From NCBI GenBank assembly GCA_016748015.1, contig JAAOMT010000328.1, forward strand, positions 1-64,000: 64,000 nucleotides of DNA, written 5' to 3'. The notes beneath the pieces are model-generated. The model was not told the DNA's origin and did not search any database. It saw only the letters and a program-made list of their open reading frames with translations. The DNA comes from Geosiphon pyriformis uo1. Its lineage: Eukaryota; Fungi; Glomeromycota. The stretch's first letter is position 1. The number at the start of each line of letters is the position of its first letter. The position numbers and the translations under genes are program-made. Positions 1 through 12,100 of this stretch are shown in pieces.

Positions 1-562
1 AAAAAATCAATAATTATATAATTATGTATATAATTATAATAGAATTTTGTCAAAAAACATTAGTTATTTACAATACTTTGTTAAAAAAATAATTATAACA
101 TAAAATTTTAAAATGTTATAAATCGAATGTTTATTATGATATTATTCAAATAAGAAAATTTTTAAGGTGTTTGGATATAATAAAGAATGATTTAATGTTG
201 AAAAATCGAGATAATAAATAAATATTAAATTAAAAAATCACAACAAAACGCATGAGCCGCATTTATCATAGAACATGGAAGTAAATAGCGGTTGGACTAC
301 AATCTAAGTGGTTTATTATTATAATTTTTATTAAGTAATAATACAAAATATAAAAGTATTCTATTATAAATTGTTAATAAAACTTTAAAAATAAAACTAA
401 TATTAAATTATCGAGTGTAAAATATTAAGAAATTACAAAATGTAAATGTTTATTATTATATTTGTTTCAATACTTTTAATTATGCAGTTAATAGTTTATA
501 CTGTTGAAAAGAAAATGTGTGATTAAGCCGGTGAATTACTTATGTTAGATGCTATATGAATT

Positions 563-1681
563 TTATGTATTATATTTCGCGTCGTCGAATTTATCCAAGA
601 ATATTCTCAACTTTTCTTCTATTTTGGGTGAAGGGCTTTCTTCTCGTTCCTTTGTTACTAAATTTTCTTGGATTTCATTTGTACCTCGATATTTAATATG
701 TTCTATTGGATAATACCTCAACAATCGATGCAAGAGTCCCCAAGGTTTGTATTTTCCTTGTCCAGAAAAAGTGAGATAAAACGAATATAATACACCAAGA
801 AGCGTGAAGCTTTCTCGAAAGATTGACCATGGAGTTGACCGAGGTACATCAGTGGTTTTCAAAATATCAAATGTTTCTGGCAAAGGATAGAGAATTAATG
901 ATGGATTTTGATTGTTTCAATAAAATCAAATTGATTAAACATTGCGATTACCAGCTCGAATTGTAATTCTGCTTTTAGCGAATGAGCTATATGTCCAACG
1001 TGGATCTCGAAACTCATCCACAATGTTGAATCTAACATCATTCCTAACAGTTCCATTTATACCAATGTTCTGGGTTCTTGAAAAACTAATCGCTCTATTT
1101 ACATCAGCTTCCAAATACATGAAACGATTAAAGATAAATTGTGAATTTTTCTGGAGAGGGTCAAAGATGTTGAGATATATTGGGGAATTAGTCGAGCCAT
1201 TATCAAGTGAGCGATTATAGGTAAGCTCCATGTCTGGTACATTGGGTACTGGGGCCGGATTTTGTATAATAGGCTCATCACCTGTACTTAAAATCTAGTA
1301 GGAAATAAAATTGATCTAAGAACCAATATTAAACTTAAAATATATCATACAGTAATATTTAATACTTGAGCTTACCCAACATCTGGAAAACACGTCCTTC
1401 AGTTGTGACAACTCTGGCGAGTCAGCGCGGTAAGTATCCAAATAGGAATTCCCCTGCGCGAGCAATTTACCATACACCGTTATTTCAAAAGAATACGTTG
1501 AACCTTCTATACAAATTGTGAGAGCGGGTGGAACCAAACGATCTCTTGTTTCCACAGAGAAGGATTGTACCGTAATGTTCAATCCACGAATTCCGTTGTA
1601 AAGATTATAGCCAAATATTCCCAAAAGAAGGAAAACAACAAGCCCTTGTAAGGTTTTGATTGCTTGACTAATTGGGGCCAT
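563..1681 (-). CDS. Two-transmembrane membrane protein with a large extracellular loop (ENaC/ASIC/P2X-like topology), 3 exons
   Basis: Exons 1681-1376, 1294-952 and 876-563 join in frame across GT-AG introns (..SRCW|ILSTG.., ..IRAE TFD..). TM1 LQGLVVFLLLGIFGYNLY is followed by VPPALTIC. The loop has N-glycosylation sequons. TM2 FTLLGVLYSFYLTFSG is followed by KPWG. The gene model is solid, the product name is tentative. Confidence 0.75.
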
Positions 1682-2010
1682 TGAAATATAAATTCTTGGT
1701 CATTTAGAAAAGGTTTTATTTCTACCATATTTATAAATTCTAAAGAAAAAACGTGTAAGCTGTTGTACTTGTGCGATGCTGCAACTAGTAATTACAAGAA
1801 ACCATAAATATGCAAACAAGGTTGCACAAAAAATTAACCCCTCAATTGCTTGTAAAAGCATTTATTAAGAACATGACATCTTCAGGATTCACTAAATAAT
1901 GTAGGATCTAGGCCGAGAGTAGTTTACTTGAACTGCGGGTGACTTGGATATTAAGAAATTCTGTGGGAATTATGCAAAGTAAAAAGTTAATTTCATGATG
2001 GAAACATTAA

Positions 2011-3953
2011 TTAATTGGAAGATTTCACCGGAAACGCATCTTTAGTGCTGAAAACAACAAATAGTTTGGCCTCAGATAAATATCCTCTGATTAACCCCTA
2101 TTTGGAATGGGAAAATCGAAGTTAGTCGATACATAGCTTTGAGCATGATAAAAAATACCGTTTTTAACCTTTTGAATCATCACCGCCAGCGACCATGCCA
2201 CTTCGGCCATATCTGCTTCAATTCCAACGTATTTCAAGGCAATTTGGAATTGTATCATCGGAATTTTATTTGTTTTATTGTTAATGAGCCAGCTGGTAAC
2301 AAATCAATTTGAAAAATTGAGCTTAATAATTCGATACTCGCAAGAAAGAGTTTAGAATTAATTTAACTTACACTTTTTTGAACAATGTTTTAAGTGAAAT
2401 AGCTCGAGCCATTTCTACAGTCAGAAAAGTTCCTTGTTCTACGAGTCGATGCTCCGCATTCGCAAATGCTATATCAAAAGCTTTGACGTTCCCTATCCGA
2501 ATTGCGTTAATAAAAGGAGAATATAAAGCCTTGAGTCGTGGATAACGTTCTATTAAAGCTTTAGAAGGAAGAACTCCCCTGATTAGCCAAACTGGTATCA
2601 AATATCTTAAAATTAGCCTGAAGACGGAGATCGATGAATCTGTATGAGTGAGAAACATCAAAACATTGCTTTCAAACTTTATCCATGCTTAACTCTTTAT
2701 TCCGTTTATATGATTTTGGGCAAATTCGGAAAGCATATTCCAAATATTCTTCGGCCTAAATTATAAGGGATGTTGATTTTTAGTTGATCTGCAAAAAGAG
2801 CTGAAATTAATAATAAAATATTTCAAGAATTACCTGTCGATATTGTTGATCGAAAAAACAGAGCAATCCGCGATAATATTTGAAGGTAATTTGATGCGCC
2901 TTGGGAAAACTTTTCAGATTAGGTATATCCGAGGACTCGATACCTCGCAACACGTTCTTGCATAGATTTTCTTGACCCAGCTGGGATAAATCATTAATCA
3001 GTTTTCTAAATAGAAATATTCGATTTGAAAAACAGTTTAAAAACCTTGAATTGTGTCTTGATTAACAAATTGGCTATATAGTAGGTCCCCCATTGTCGAG
3101 AAGCATTCTTGGGAGCTCTGAAGGGTGAATAAAAGCATAAGAAGAAAATCCTCTTTTAGTTTCTTTAATAAAAAATGTTTTAAATTACCGGTCTGTCACA
3201 CACACACTGAATGATTTGTTTAATACACGACCAGCTTCCTCGAGGTATTTGGGACTTTTCAGTGCTCTTTTCAGTTCATCATCAGCCTAAGTTAAGGTAT
3301 TGTGTAAGTTTAGTCTGTAAAATTCTCATTGATAAGAAGTTTTTATTTACCTCCATAGCAAGATGTCGCAAGTCCCAATTTACAGTGTACAAAATTGGCA
3401 AGGTTAAATGAGTGAAAGCTTCCTTTAGAAAAAAGCTTTATATAGGAGGAAATGAATCAGGGTTGTAATGGATTTAATGACAACATTCTTTTAAAATATA
3501 GGGAACAATGAGGCTTTCCTTATTATGATAAAAGGATACTGAACTAAACTATGTTGTGTTTCAAAGGCATTGACGAAGTCATGTTTCTGACTGGATAATA
3601 GGACTTTGAAATGCATATTCACTATTTCGTCCCAAGGGCTTCTCAAATAATGACGAGTTTCTTCCAGTGCTTGGCGACCCTATTCAAAATGAGGATTATC
3701 GAGTCATTAAGGGACTTCAATAATATTTGAAAATTAGAACCAAGCACTTGAATTAAATGAAAAATACATTGCCGTTTTCCAAGTATCTTGCTAGAGAGGT
3801 CGCACTATCATCACGTAAACTCAAAAACCTAGCTAGGGATTCGTTGTCTTCGTCTTTTATACACATATTCACTTTATTTATGTAACTTTGTATTCTGAAG
3901 GAGGTATTTGTGAAGTTAGAAATTATGTCAATTTCCATATTACTTCGAGACAT
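2011..3953 (-). CDS. CSN12: PCI-domain protein, COP9 signalosome subunit 12 / PCID2-like, multi-exon
   Basis: Spliced peptides FPKAHQITFKYYRGLL, RLILRYLIPVWLIRGVLPS, AIRIGNVKAFD, MIQKGLIRGYLSEAKLFVVFS..DAFP. Stop TAA at 2011-2013. Confidence 0.85.
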
Positions 3954-4133
3954 TGTGAAAGGTGTATGAAATCAAAAAAATTGTCGAGTCCTGAGCAAAA
4001 AGTACTGTAAATGTTACTAGTATTTGATTTTTTTGACTTCTGATTGGTCTGGAAGCAAAATTTTAGGCAGTGTTACCATCCGCAGTTAGGACTTCTTGTG
4101 AAGGAACCAGGTTTTTGCCTTTTCATAGCTTCA

Positions 4134-4881
4134 ATGAGGTGAGGATAGAGAGCTAGAGTATTAACTTCCTTGATCAACGTACACAGCCATCTTTATTACC
4201 TAGCTTCACGTCTTTCTTAAACAAATTAATAAACATAAGCAAAAAAAACTATACTTCAAAGACTCAATCTATTTTGTTTGTCTCCTTTTGATTTTTTTGA
4301 ATATGTGAAGTTCAGGACCCCCTCCAAACATCTCTTTGGATCCACCTAAAGATACTCCATTCACTACTTCGGAACTTTCCCAGGTTTCGCGTAGTTCGAA
4401 TTGCGAAATTGTTATATATAGATTTAATTGGATCCTATTCTTTAAAACTTTGATTTATTATTTAGTATGATGGGAGTGACCCTGAAAAACCCATTTACGT
4501 GGCCATAAAGAGGACAATATTCGACGTCAGCTCGAAACGCGAAACTTATGGCCCCAACGGTACTTATCATGTATTCGCTGGGAAAGATGCATCAAAGGTA
4601 ATCCATTTTGGGTATTTAAATTTTCAATTCTCACCAAATTCTTAGGATCATATATTTTTCATGATTTCTAGGGGCTCGGCAAAACCTCAAAGGACCCTGA
4701 GGATGCAGTCGCAGACTATAGTACATTAGATGAAGAACAAGTAAAATTCTCAATAACTTACCGAATTTAAACTAACTTGATTCTATTCTAAAGTTTTTTT
4801 TAATCCATATAGCTCAAGACATTGGATCAATGGTACGAATTTTTCAAAAAACGTTACAATATAGTAGGTCAAGTTGTTTAG
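4134..4881 (+). CDS. Soluble MAPR-family cytochrome b5-like heme/steroid-binding protein (Dap1/PGRMC-like), 5 exons
   Basis: Not in the ORF track. Exons splice to MSSGPPPNISLDPPKDTPFTTSELSQYDGSDPEKPIYVAIKRTIFDVSSKRETYGPNGTYHVFAGKDASKGLGKTSKDPEDAVADYSTLDEEQLKTLDQWYEFFKKRYNIVGQVV*, with the typical YDG, IFDVS, YGP and FAGKDAS motifs. Confidence 0.9.
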
Positions 4882-5197
4882 CAGGTGTTTCTCGTCCCAC
4901 CAAAGAAGTTGTAATAAAATTATGAACGGGCAGAATATATTTAATTTTTCAAAGCCAGAGGCCCCAAATAACAATACATAAGATTGATATCTGATGAAAA
5001 ATATTACCCAGAAATTTAAAATATAAGTCCAATTACTGTTGAGTTGCACCGTTATTGGAATGTCAAGTCTATTGAGCCCAATCACCGCGAAATTGTATTT
5101 GGTCTCAATATATCGCTTTCGGCCATCATATTTATAAAAAGAGGATTTAATGAGGGACACTGGATGATTAACAAAATTATTTTTGATCCAAGCAAAA

Positions 5198-8100
5198 TTA
5201 ATATTTAATCTCAATATCTCCTTCAGCCGGCGCATCCAGGTCAATATAGGATTTTACTTGGCGTGGATCTGAGGTCATGTTAAATTCACTAGATTGTAAA
5301 CAAAATAAATTTCGTAAATATGATTAAAAAAAAGTATAAATGCACCAAACTATTTGAAGTAACCTTGGTCTTGCCCTTGGGGATGGTCGTCTCTTTTCAG
5401 GTGGGGATCTATGATTGCGATTATCCCGAGGATCGATCCGAGGATCAAATCCGATCCTAGGAATTTGATCATGTGGGGTACCAGCAGCTGCACCAAGAAT
5501 AGCAGGAAAATTAAATGGAAGAAATGGTGGTGGTGGCCCATTGGCCAGAACTGTGAATGGATTGGGAGGGATAGGAGAGACGTTTGGAGCAGTATTCAAG
5601 GAGGCAGTCGGATTTGGCGGGGTTGTTGGTAACAGATGATGAGGATCAATCACGTAATTGTTCAAGAAATTGACCTGATAATAGTGAAGTTTTTAAATGT
5701 CTGTTATGAAAGAGCAACAACTTTTTAAATCAAGAATAATTTCTAACCTCATTTTCCAAGTTTTTAACTTTGTCAGCGTGTTTGAGACCAATATGTTTCC
5801 TAACATATTCCTGTCCTTTAAACAATTTTCCACATATTGCGCATCGAAATTTCACTCCAGGATCCATTTCGATAGTGTTAATATCCAAGAAGTTATCACG
5901 TTCGCTAAAAGTGATCCAAGTTTTAATGTTTCATAATGTTCTGCAGGAAAGGAAAGAAATATATAAATACCTATCCAAATTTTTACCGCCAAGCTTATGA
6001 ACCTTGGCTAATGTTGGACTAGGATCAAGTTTAATATCTATTTTATGTTCTAAAGTTTTCAACCATTGGGCTGTTTGGGGAAAATAAAACTTTAGTCCCA
6101 TAGAATAAAACTTTAAATGAATTTAATGCCTTACATACCTTGAGCTTGTTTTTCTTTTTGGTTCTTGGGACCATCTCCTTTCTTTCTCAAATGACGCCCC
6201 GGGCATTTTCTCGCAAACTCTTCGATAGAATCCGAATCACTACCACAATAGTAACAAAAAAGGTGCACACGACGTGCATATTCCAAATACATGTCCAGTG
6301 ACTTTTGAATCTGTTAAAAATATTGCCAAATCTTCAATATAAATTTGAATGAATTCACGAGAAAAAATTGTTAAACTTACAAACTCTGGTTTTTTTTCGT
6401 TAGAAATGTGACCGAGTCTCTCTTTCAGTTTTCTAAATCCATTGGTGGAAAGGTCTTTATCAAGCTTTTTAATTATTTCTTCTAAACGCTGCTTATCTTT
6501 CGATATACGATCAGAATGGTTTGTTATTTCTGGAGCAATACGGTTACGAATAGGGCCAGTTTGCTTGTGCCGTGCAAGATAGAAAATGAAATCATCAACC
6601 TAACCGATGGATAAAGGTAAGATGTTGATATCACCCAAAATAAATATTTAGAGATTTACGGAAATATTTTCTTTTCAAATACCTTTTGTTCATTTAGTTG
6701 ATCAAAGGCAGAATCCATGTTAGTGCCTTCCTCGAAAACAATCCAACCTAAACGATGAAATTTTTTGGAAGGATTGGGCTCTGACAGGGCAAGATATTTA
6801 AAACCCTCGACCATTTTACACATCTTTAAAAGACGTTTTCATCAAATTTAAGACAAGAAATGTATAATAAACAATATTGAAGATTAAATTATCAAGACAT
6901 ACATTGACGATTTTTTCGCGTTGTATAGTCGGCGGGACACTTTTGATGAAAAGTCTATTACCCTCATCCTCTATCTCAGATTTTGTCTCAGGACCTGGGT
7001 CTGTGCGATAAGAAAAATGGAGATAAACGTATTTGGATACACACTTTGACAGGAAATCAATTTCGATAAAACAATATATCCTTTTTTACTAAAACCATTT
7101 TTCACATACCATCAGCTTTTGTTTCTTCTTTATTATCCGATTCCTCGTGACATATATTATCAAATTTACCAGCTTTCAAATCACTGATAAATTTGGCGTG
7201 AAGCTGCTTTTTTAGGAGATTAGTCTCCTCCCCTCTCTTCGACATATGTACTGGATGATACTTTTCCAAGAACCATTCTTCATTCCGATGAGCCTCAAAA
7301 AATGTTCGAAGTTGTCGCAAGCCAAACTCTTCTTTATATTTTGTGTATAGCTTATGTAGTTCATCATCATCAGGATGAACTTTATTCTGAGTAATGATAT
7401 AATCAACAAAATATTTGAAGGTAACTAAAAAATCGAGTTCGGTGGGATCTTTTGGAGGTTCTCTATGATGAAGGATTTGAAGGAAATTTATAGATATGTG
7501 CAATTCAATTTAATTCAATTCAATGATAGTGTATTGCATTCATGATCTAATTACCTATTAGGAGGACCAGACCAATCCATTGGTAAAAGAGGCCCTCCAG
7601 GGGGCATCATTTGGGGAGGTGGGACATTGAATCCTTATATTGGGAACAATTAAAAACATAGTATCAAAGGTTTATTTTATTTTATTAAGTTGAAATATAA
7701 GTGTAATTGCACAAACCCATTGGCATCACAGGGTAAGGTGGAGGAAAACGCATTTCCCCAGGCCTTCCGTATCTGGGACCTGGTACGTAACCATCTTTTT
7801 CATAATTAGGAATATAGTGATCCCCATTTTCGGCTGTTCTTCTAGGAGAAAGAGAACGTCGTCGTTTGTACCGGCGATCTAATTATTCCATAAGAAGAAT
7901 CAGAATTTTATATAAAATCTCTTATACTATGAGATTCCATAGACTTGATATTTCCTTGCGAGTTATCCAACAGTTAGTAAAAAATTCAAATCTAGCTGCA
8001 ATATATATGGTTTAGGGTATCAACAAGGTCTATCAATTTTAATTGTACGTCACTCTGAAATAAAGGATTACCTCTATCTTCGGAGTTTACACTACTGTCT

Positions 8101-8276
8101 CGTTTTCGCCTATCGATATAAGAATCACGTTCATGATCGCGGTCCCTTTCTCGATCGCGTTCACGATCACGACCTTCCCGACTAGTGCGTCTATCGCGCT
8201 TAAACCTATCGCGATTGTGATGAGGAGGGCCTTCTTCTTCCGAGTGGTCGATATTTCGACGTTGTTTCGAGTTCAT
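5198..8276 (-). CDS. ARS2: ARS2/Serrate RNA effector homolog (cap-binding complex adaptor), multi-exon
   Basis: RD/RE-rich N-terminus, FFEAHRNEEWFLEKYHP, RRM LFIKSVPPTIQR..ALSEPNPSKKFHRLGWI, RRVHLFCYYCG, C2H2 finger KFRCAICGKLFKGQEYVRKHIGLKH, and C-terminal DPRQVKSYIDLDAP. Confidence 0.92.
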
Positions 8277-9200
8277 AATCTTTTTAGTTTCAGAGAGTTA
8301 TAAGACCGTAGTTGATTGGGAATTGCAGCGACGGCGACATCTAATGATAGATCTACTCTCGAAGTAATAATAATGTGTTGGTGTTTGTGCTCAAAGCTTA
8401 ACATTGTGTATGAAGATTAAATTTTGAAAAGAATATATGAGGGGGAGTGTAGAAAACGTATTCAACATACCCAGAAATCGTGAGGACTAACAGAACCAAG
8501 TTGAACGAAGATCTGCTTATATATATTATTGTCGCAGCAAAATAAGAGGTTAATAGAATGATTATTACGTAATATTAGTGCAATTTGATCGGGATTTGGA
8601 AAATCGAATCATGATAGAACTGCATTTGATTTTAAATCCAAGTTGGTGATCAATTAAATAAATAAATAAAAAAATATTGAATCTTTTTAAAAGATGTACA
8701 GTTTAGATAAATAAAATTTTTTGATCAAGTATTCTTTTACTTAGGGGTAAAATCAGATGTGACGTCATAAAATAGCTGGCGTAAAAAGACGCGTTATTTT
8801 TTCCCTTCACATCTTTTTTTATCACGTAATCTTTTCTCCTATTTTTCCCCCTCTCCCTCACTCATAGCAGACCCCTCATAAACGTTAGCCTCTGAAAGAA
8901 CATGAGGACCCTGAGCTTTAGTGATCGCTATTATTTTAAAAGTAGATGCTTTTCTGAGCAAAAGGTTCGACCTCTGACTTTTCCAGTTGTCAAGTCGTAC
9001 CTTCTGCAGACATTACTGAACAACCGTGTTCCATCCTTATCAGAGTTTGTTCGTTTAAACGTTGACTTCGTAGCCAAATCAAGCCCAGAGTCAAACGACC
9101 ATGCAGCACTGAATGGCACGTGGAAAAGGCGTTTTGTTACTATTGCGGATATACTAGGAAGTATTTTCTCTTATTCTAACTCCATTCCTGAGGGCATTCG

Positions 9201-9269
9201 AGTCAGGTTGCGCCCTGAACTGCGAATATAGGTGTCATCCTCGCCCAGTCAGGTTGCGCTCTGAACTGC
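9201..9269. repeat. Pair of 23-bp hairpin-forming direct repeats separated by 23 bp
   Basis: AGTCAGGTTGCGCCCTGAACTGC (9201-9223) and AGTCAGGTTGCGCTCTGAACTGC (9247-9269), with internal TCAG/CTGA symmetry. Confidence 0.8.
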
Positions 9270-9419
9270 CTGTACAGAATAATTCATGCTCAACTATGGC
9301 TATCGAAAAATTTGTTAATCAAATTAAAAATAAATATACAGATTAATAAATTTCTGATTAAGATAAAGTGGATATATTTTAAATAAAAGGAACATTAGAA
9401 CATTAAAAAAATATAAATT

Positions 9420-10400
9420 ATGTCAGAAGAAAAGCATGATTTGTATAAAAACTTGTCCATCTCTATCAAAAAATCAAAAAATCTGCTTTATGATAATAGG
9501 TCAGTTTTTTCTCTAATGTTATGACTAAACGTCATACCAAAGATCTAAGAACTCTGACTTCCCGAGAATGGCAGGACATTCTCCCGGTTCTTAAAAGAAC
9601 GATTAAAAAAATTGAAATTATATTAAACAGGCCACATCAGTAGAGGATGTAGCTGGGCAAAATATGCCCCAAATTTTTATATATAGGAAAGATTGGCAGC
9701 GTTGGATTAATCAAAGAAAACTTTGGAGATCCAGCCGTTATAAAAGATGCGGAAAAACTCTTCAAACCTAATTCCGAGCAAGTTGTTGCCGAAAAGAACA
9801 AGGAAATTGCTAGATTACATAACGGAGTAGGATATAACGAGGTAGGCTGCATAGCTATCTCCACGAAAGACCATTTACCTAATGATATTAACGCCATTGA
9901 CCCGAAACCTGAGCGGAAATAGGAACAATGTTAAAAGAAATGATGAAAATATTACTAGTTGTCATGATTTTGCTTTTCGAATTAAACTAGGAGAAACGGC
10001 TACCAGAATATGGAAAGAAGAGGAAGTTCCCTCTAATTATGATTATCCTAATTTTGAGCTTGTAGTAAATATTTTTCCTAAATTTAAAAGAATCCCCGCC
10101 GAAGTTAGAGGTCATAATAGGAAAGCACCGCTACGGCAACTTATAGGTAGCTATGAAAATGAACGTGTAACTTTCAAGCTAAATAATCCCAAAAACTATG
10201 CCAAAATCTGAGGTCAAAAGGATAACTAAAGAAATTGCTGAATTAAAAGCAATTTCTACTATATGACTAATTCCAGCAATCTTGGCAGCGGTCGGGATAA
10301 CAGCAATTGAGATTCCGAGTGCTAAGAATATAAGAAAGATAACGCCTTTTCAATTATCGAGCCACAATTACTTTGGTGTTCATTTTGTCTGGTTTTGTTG
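9420..10400. pseudogene. Intronless ORF fragments of unknown, possibly endobacterial (TGA=Trp) origin
   Basis: Closely packed short ORFs on both strands (9521-9643 +, ~9686-9921 +, 9882-10229 +, 10179-10367 -). Two extend through a TGA. No homolog recognised. Confidence 0.3.
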
Positions 10401-10619
10401 CAGCACGCCCCAATTATTAAAATAAAATAATTTTTTTAAACGTAATAATAAAATTCAAAAAATCACAATAAAAACATTATCATTTGCTTGAAATTGTACA
10501 ATGTTAATTGTTGAAACATGATTTAAATAAATGGAATCTATTTAAATTATAAAAATTTTACATTTGTTTTTTAATATTTTGAGTTTTTGATTTAAACATA
10601 ATTGTTAATTTTAATAATA

Positions 10620-10760
10620 TGGACGGATTGTAAAATATCAATAATAGGCCATACTAAACATTGCTATATAACACGTATTATTTCCTGCTCCATCAACCAA
10701 TGCCCGGAAGGGAGATCCCTCGAGCGCCATTTTCATCTTTATCTATCACAATCCCACAAT
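10620..10760 (-). ncRNA. Putative omegaRNA / right-end region of the Fanzor element (decayed)
   Basis: Positional inference only: TnpB/Fanzor guide scaffolds lie at the ORF 3' end and run to the element's right end. Confidence 0.3.
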
Positions 10761-11860
10761 TCCGGTAGTTGTACACTTCGGACCCTCCGATTCTTTGGAT
10801 GTTTTCCCATTGATTACAAATCTTGAATGTGTAAGCTTCATTCTGGATAATAACACGGGCCCCTAATTCTTCGGCCTTGCTTAACAGACATTGTCAAAAG
10901 CGATAATACATCCAACAAAGCATTTTTCGGACAGTTTTTCGTGTGATCTTTCTTGTTTTGCAATTCTTCAAAAGGAGGAATGGCAATGGCATCAAATCCG
11001 CGGGTGAAGAACCCCGCATCCAAAAATCGGCTTGTCGAGTCGCCAGGCCATTTTACATTCACATTTTGAAGAGGATGTCAATAACTTATTCTTTTCGCAG
11101 ATGAGGTCATCCAAGTACTCGAAATGCGAACTATACGCCCAATAGAATATTGGCCAATCCTACCTACACCTTTCGTAGAAGAGTACCATGTAAAAAAGGA
11201 ACGGACGCCGGGATCAATGGAGACTGTATAAACAGAACCGTCCGCTTGAGTTCGCAGAGCTGTTTTTGCATCTCATATACTTCCACTCGTTAGTTTTGTG
11301 ATAGTAGGTGGGCTTAACATCTGACATTATCTTGTGAGGAACAGGTCACTTATTATTATGCTTCTTTTTTTCGAATCGAAGAGGCTAAAAAGCATGCTTG
11401 TTATTATTCAGAATGGCGGTAGGCTTATAGCGATAGGTAGTAGGCATCGACGGGTTATGGAAATGAGTGACATAGAAACGGTTCCATGCGAATTTCAAAA
11501 ATTCTGTGCACGAATTGTCATTGTTTGTAGCGGATCTTTCCAAGATGCCTAATTACTTCTTTCCGAAAAATCAATGCTTCATCGATTACATTCGCGGCTT
11601 CCCCGAAACACACAACAGTTCCCATGAACTAGCACTTGCCTATATAGCGTCTTTTCCTACCTGAACATCTGTTTAAAGCTTAAGTTTTCTTTTGATGGAT
11701 TGAGGCTTTATCCAAGCCTGTTGTGATTGATCGATATGGAAATTTTTGGTATAAAAGCGGCGATGTTAACTTCAGTATACAACACTATTATAAGCAAATC
11801 TCGTCAAGCTTCAAGAGCTGCTTTGAGGATGGTTGAGAGGCACCTTGATTAATAGCGTAT
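10690..11860 (-). pseudogene. tnpB: Fanzor2 / IS607-TnpB RNA-guided nuclease pseudogene
   Basis: N-terminal RFAYNSVV (~11790), RuvC-I SIDPGVRSFFTWYS (~11185-11225), FTRGFDAIAIPPFE, RKITRKTVRKMLCW..YRF*QCLLSKAEELG, QNEAYTFKIC, eroded Zn ribbon, and RuvC-III IDKDENGARGI (~10715-10745). Contains stops, frameshifts and deletions. Confidence 0.9.
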
Positions 11861-11869
11861 GGTTAAGAA

Positions 11870-12100
11870 TATCTGACTGTTCTGCCGCTTTCTTCAATGA
11901 TAAACAGCTCTCCTTCCCTGGTTGCGGGAGATGAAAACTGTGTTGATAGCAAGAGTAGAACGCCTTGTAAGAGTTCATGCTATCGCTGAGGAGTTCGCAG
12001 TTTAAAAATCAATAGAGTAGTTGCATTTGGCCCTCGAGATCCTCTTTTTGCTTTGCAATAGAGAACGGTTATAGAAGTAACCTTTCTTAGTAGGAGAGGT
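11870..12100 (-). pseudogene. tnpA: IS607-type TnpA serine recombinase remnant (internally deleted)
   Basis: KKGYFYNR/SIAKQKEDLEGQMQLL (~12015-12095) matches Y-x-R-V-S-x2-KQKxDLxRQ. LAINTVFISRNQGRR (~11905-11955) matches the IS607 C-terminal helix LLxIxxVFxxRxxGxR. Confidence 0.75.

Noticed and set aside
4783-5244. 153-aa minus-strand ORF
   Set aside because: Off-frame run through the ARS2 3' end and antisense to the MAPR last exon, with no motifs.
9201-9269. CRISPR array
   Set aside because: Only two repeats, no cas genes, eukaryotic context. Kept as a simple repeat.
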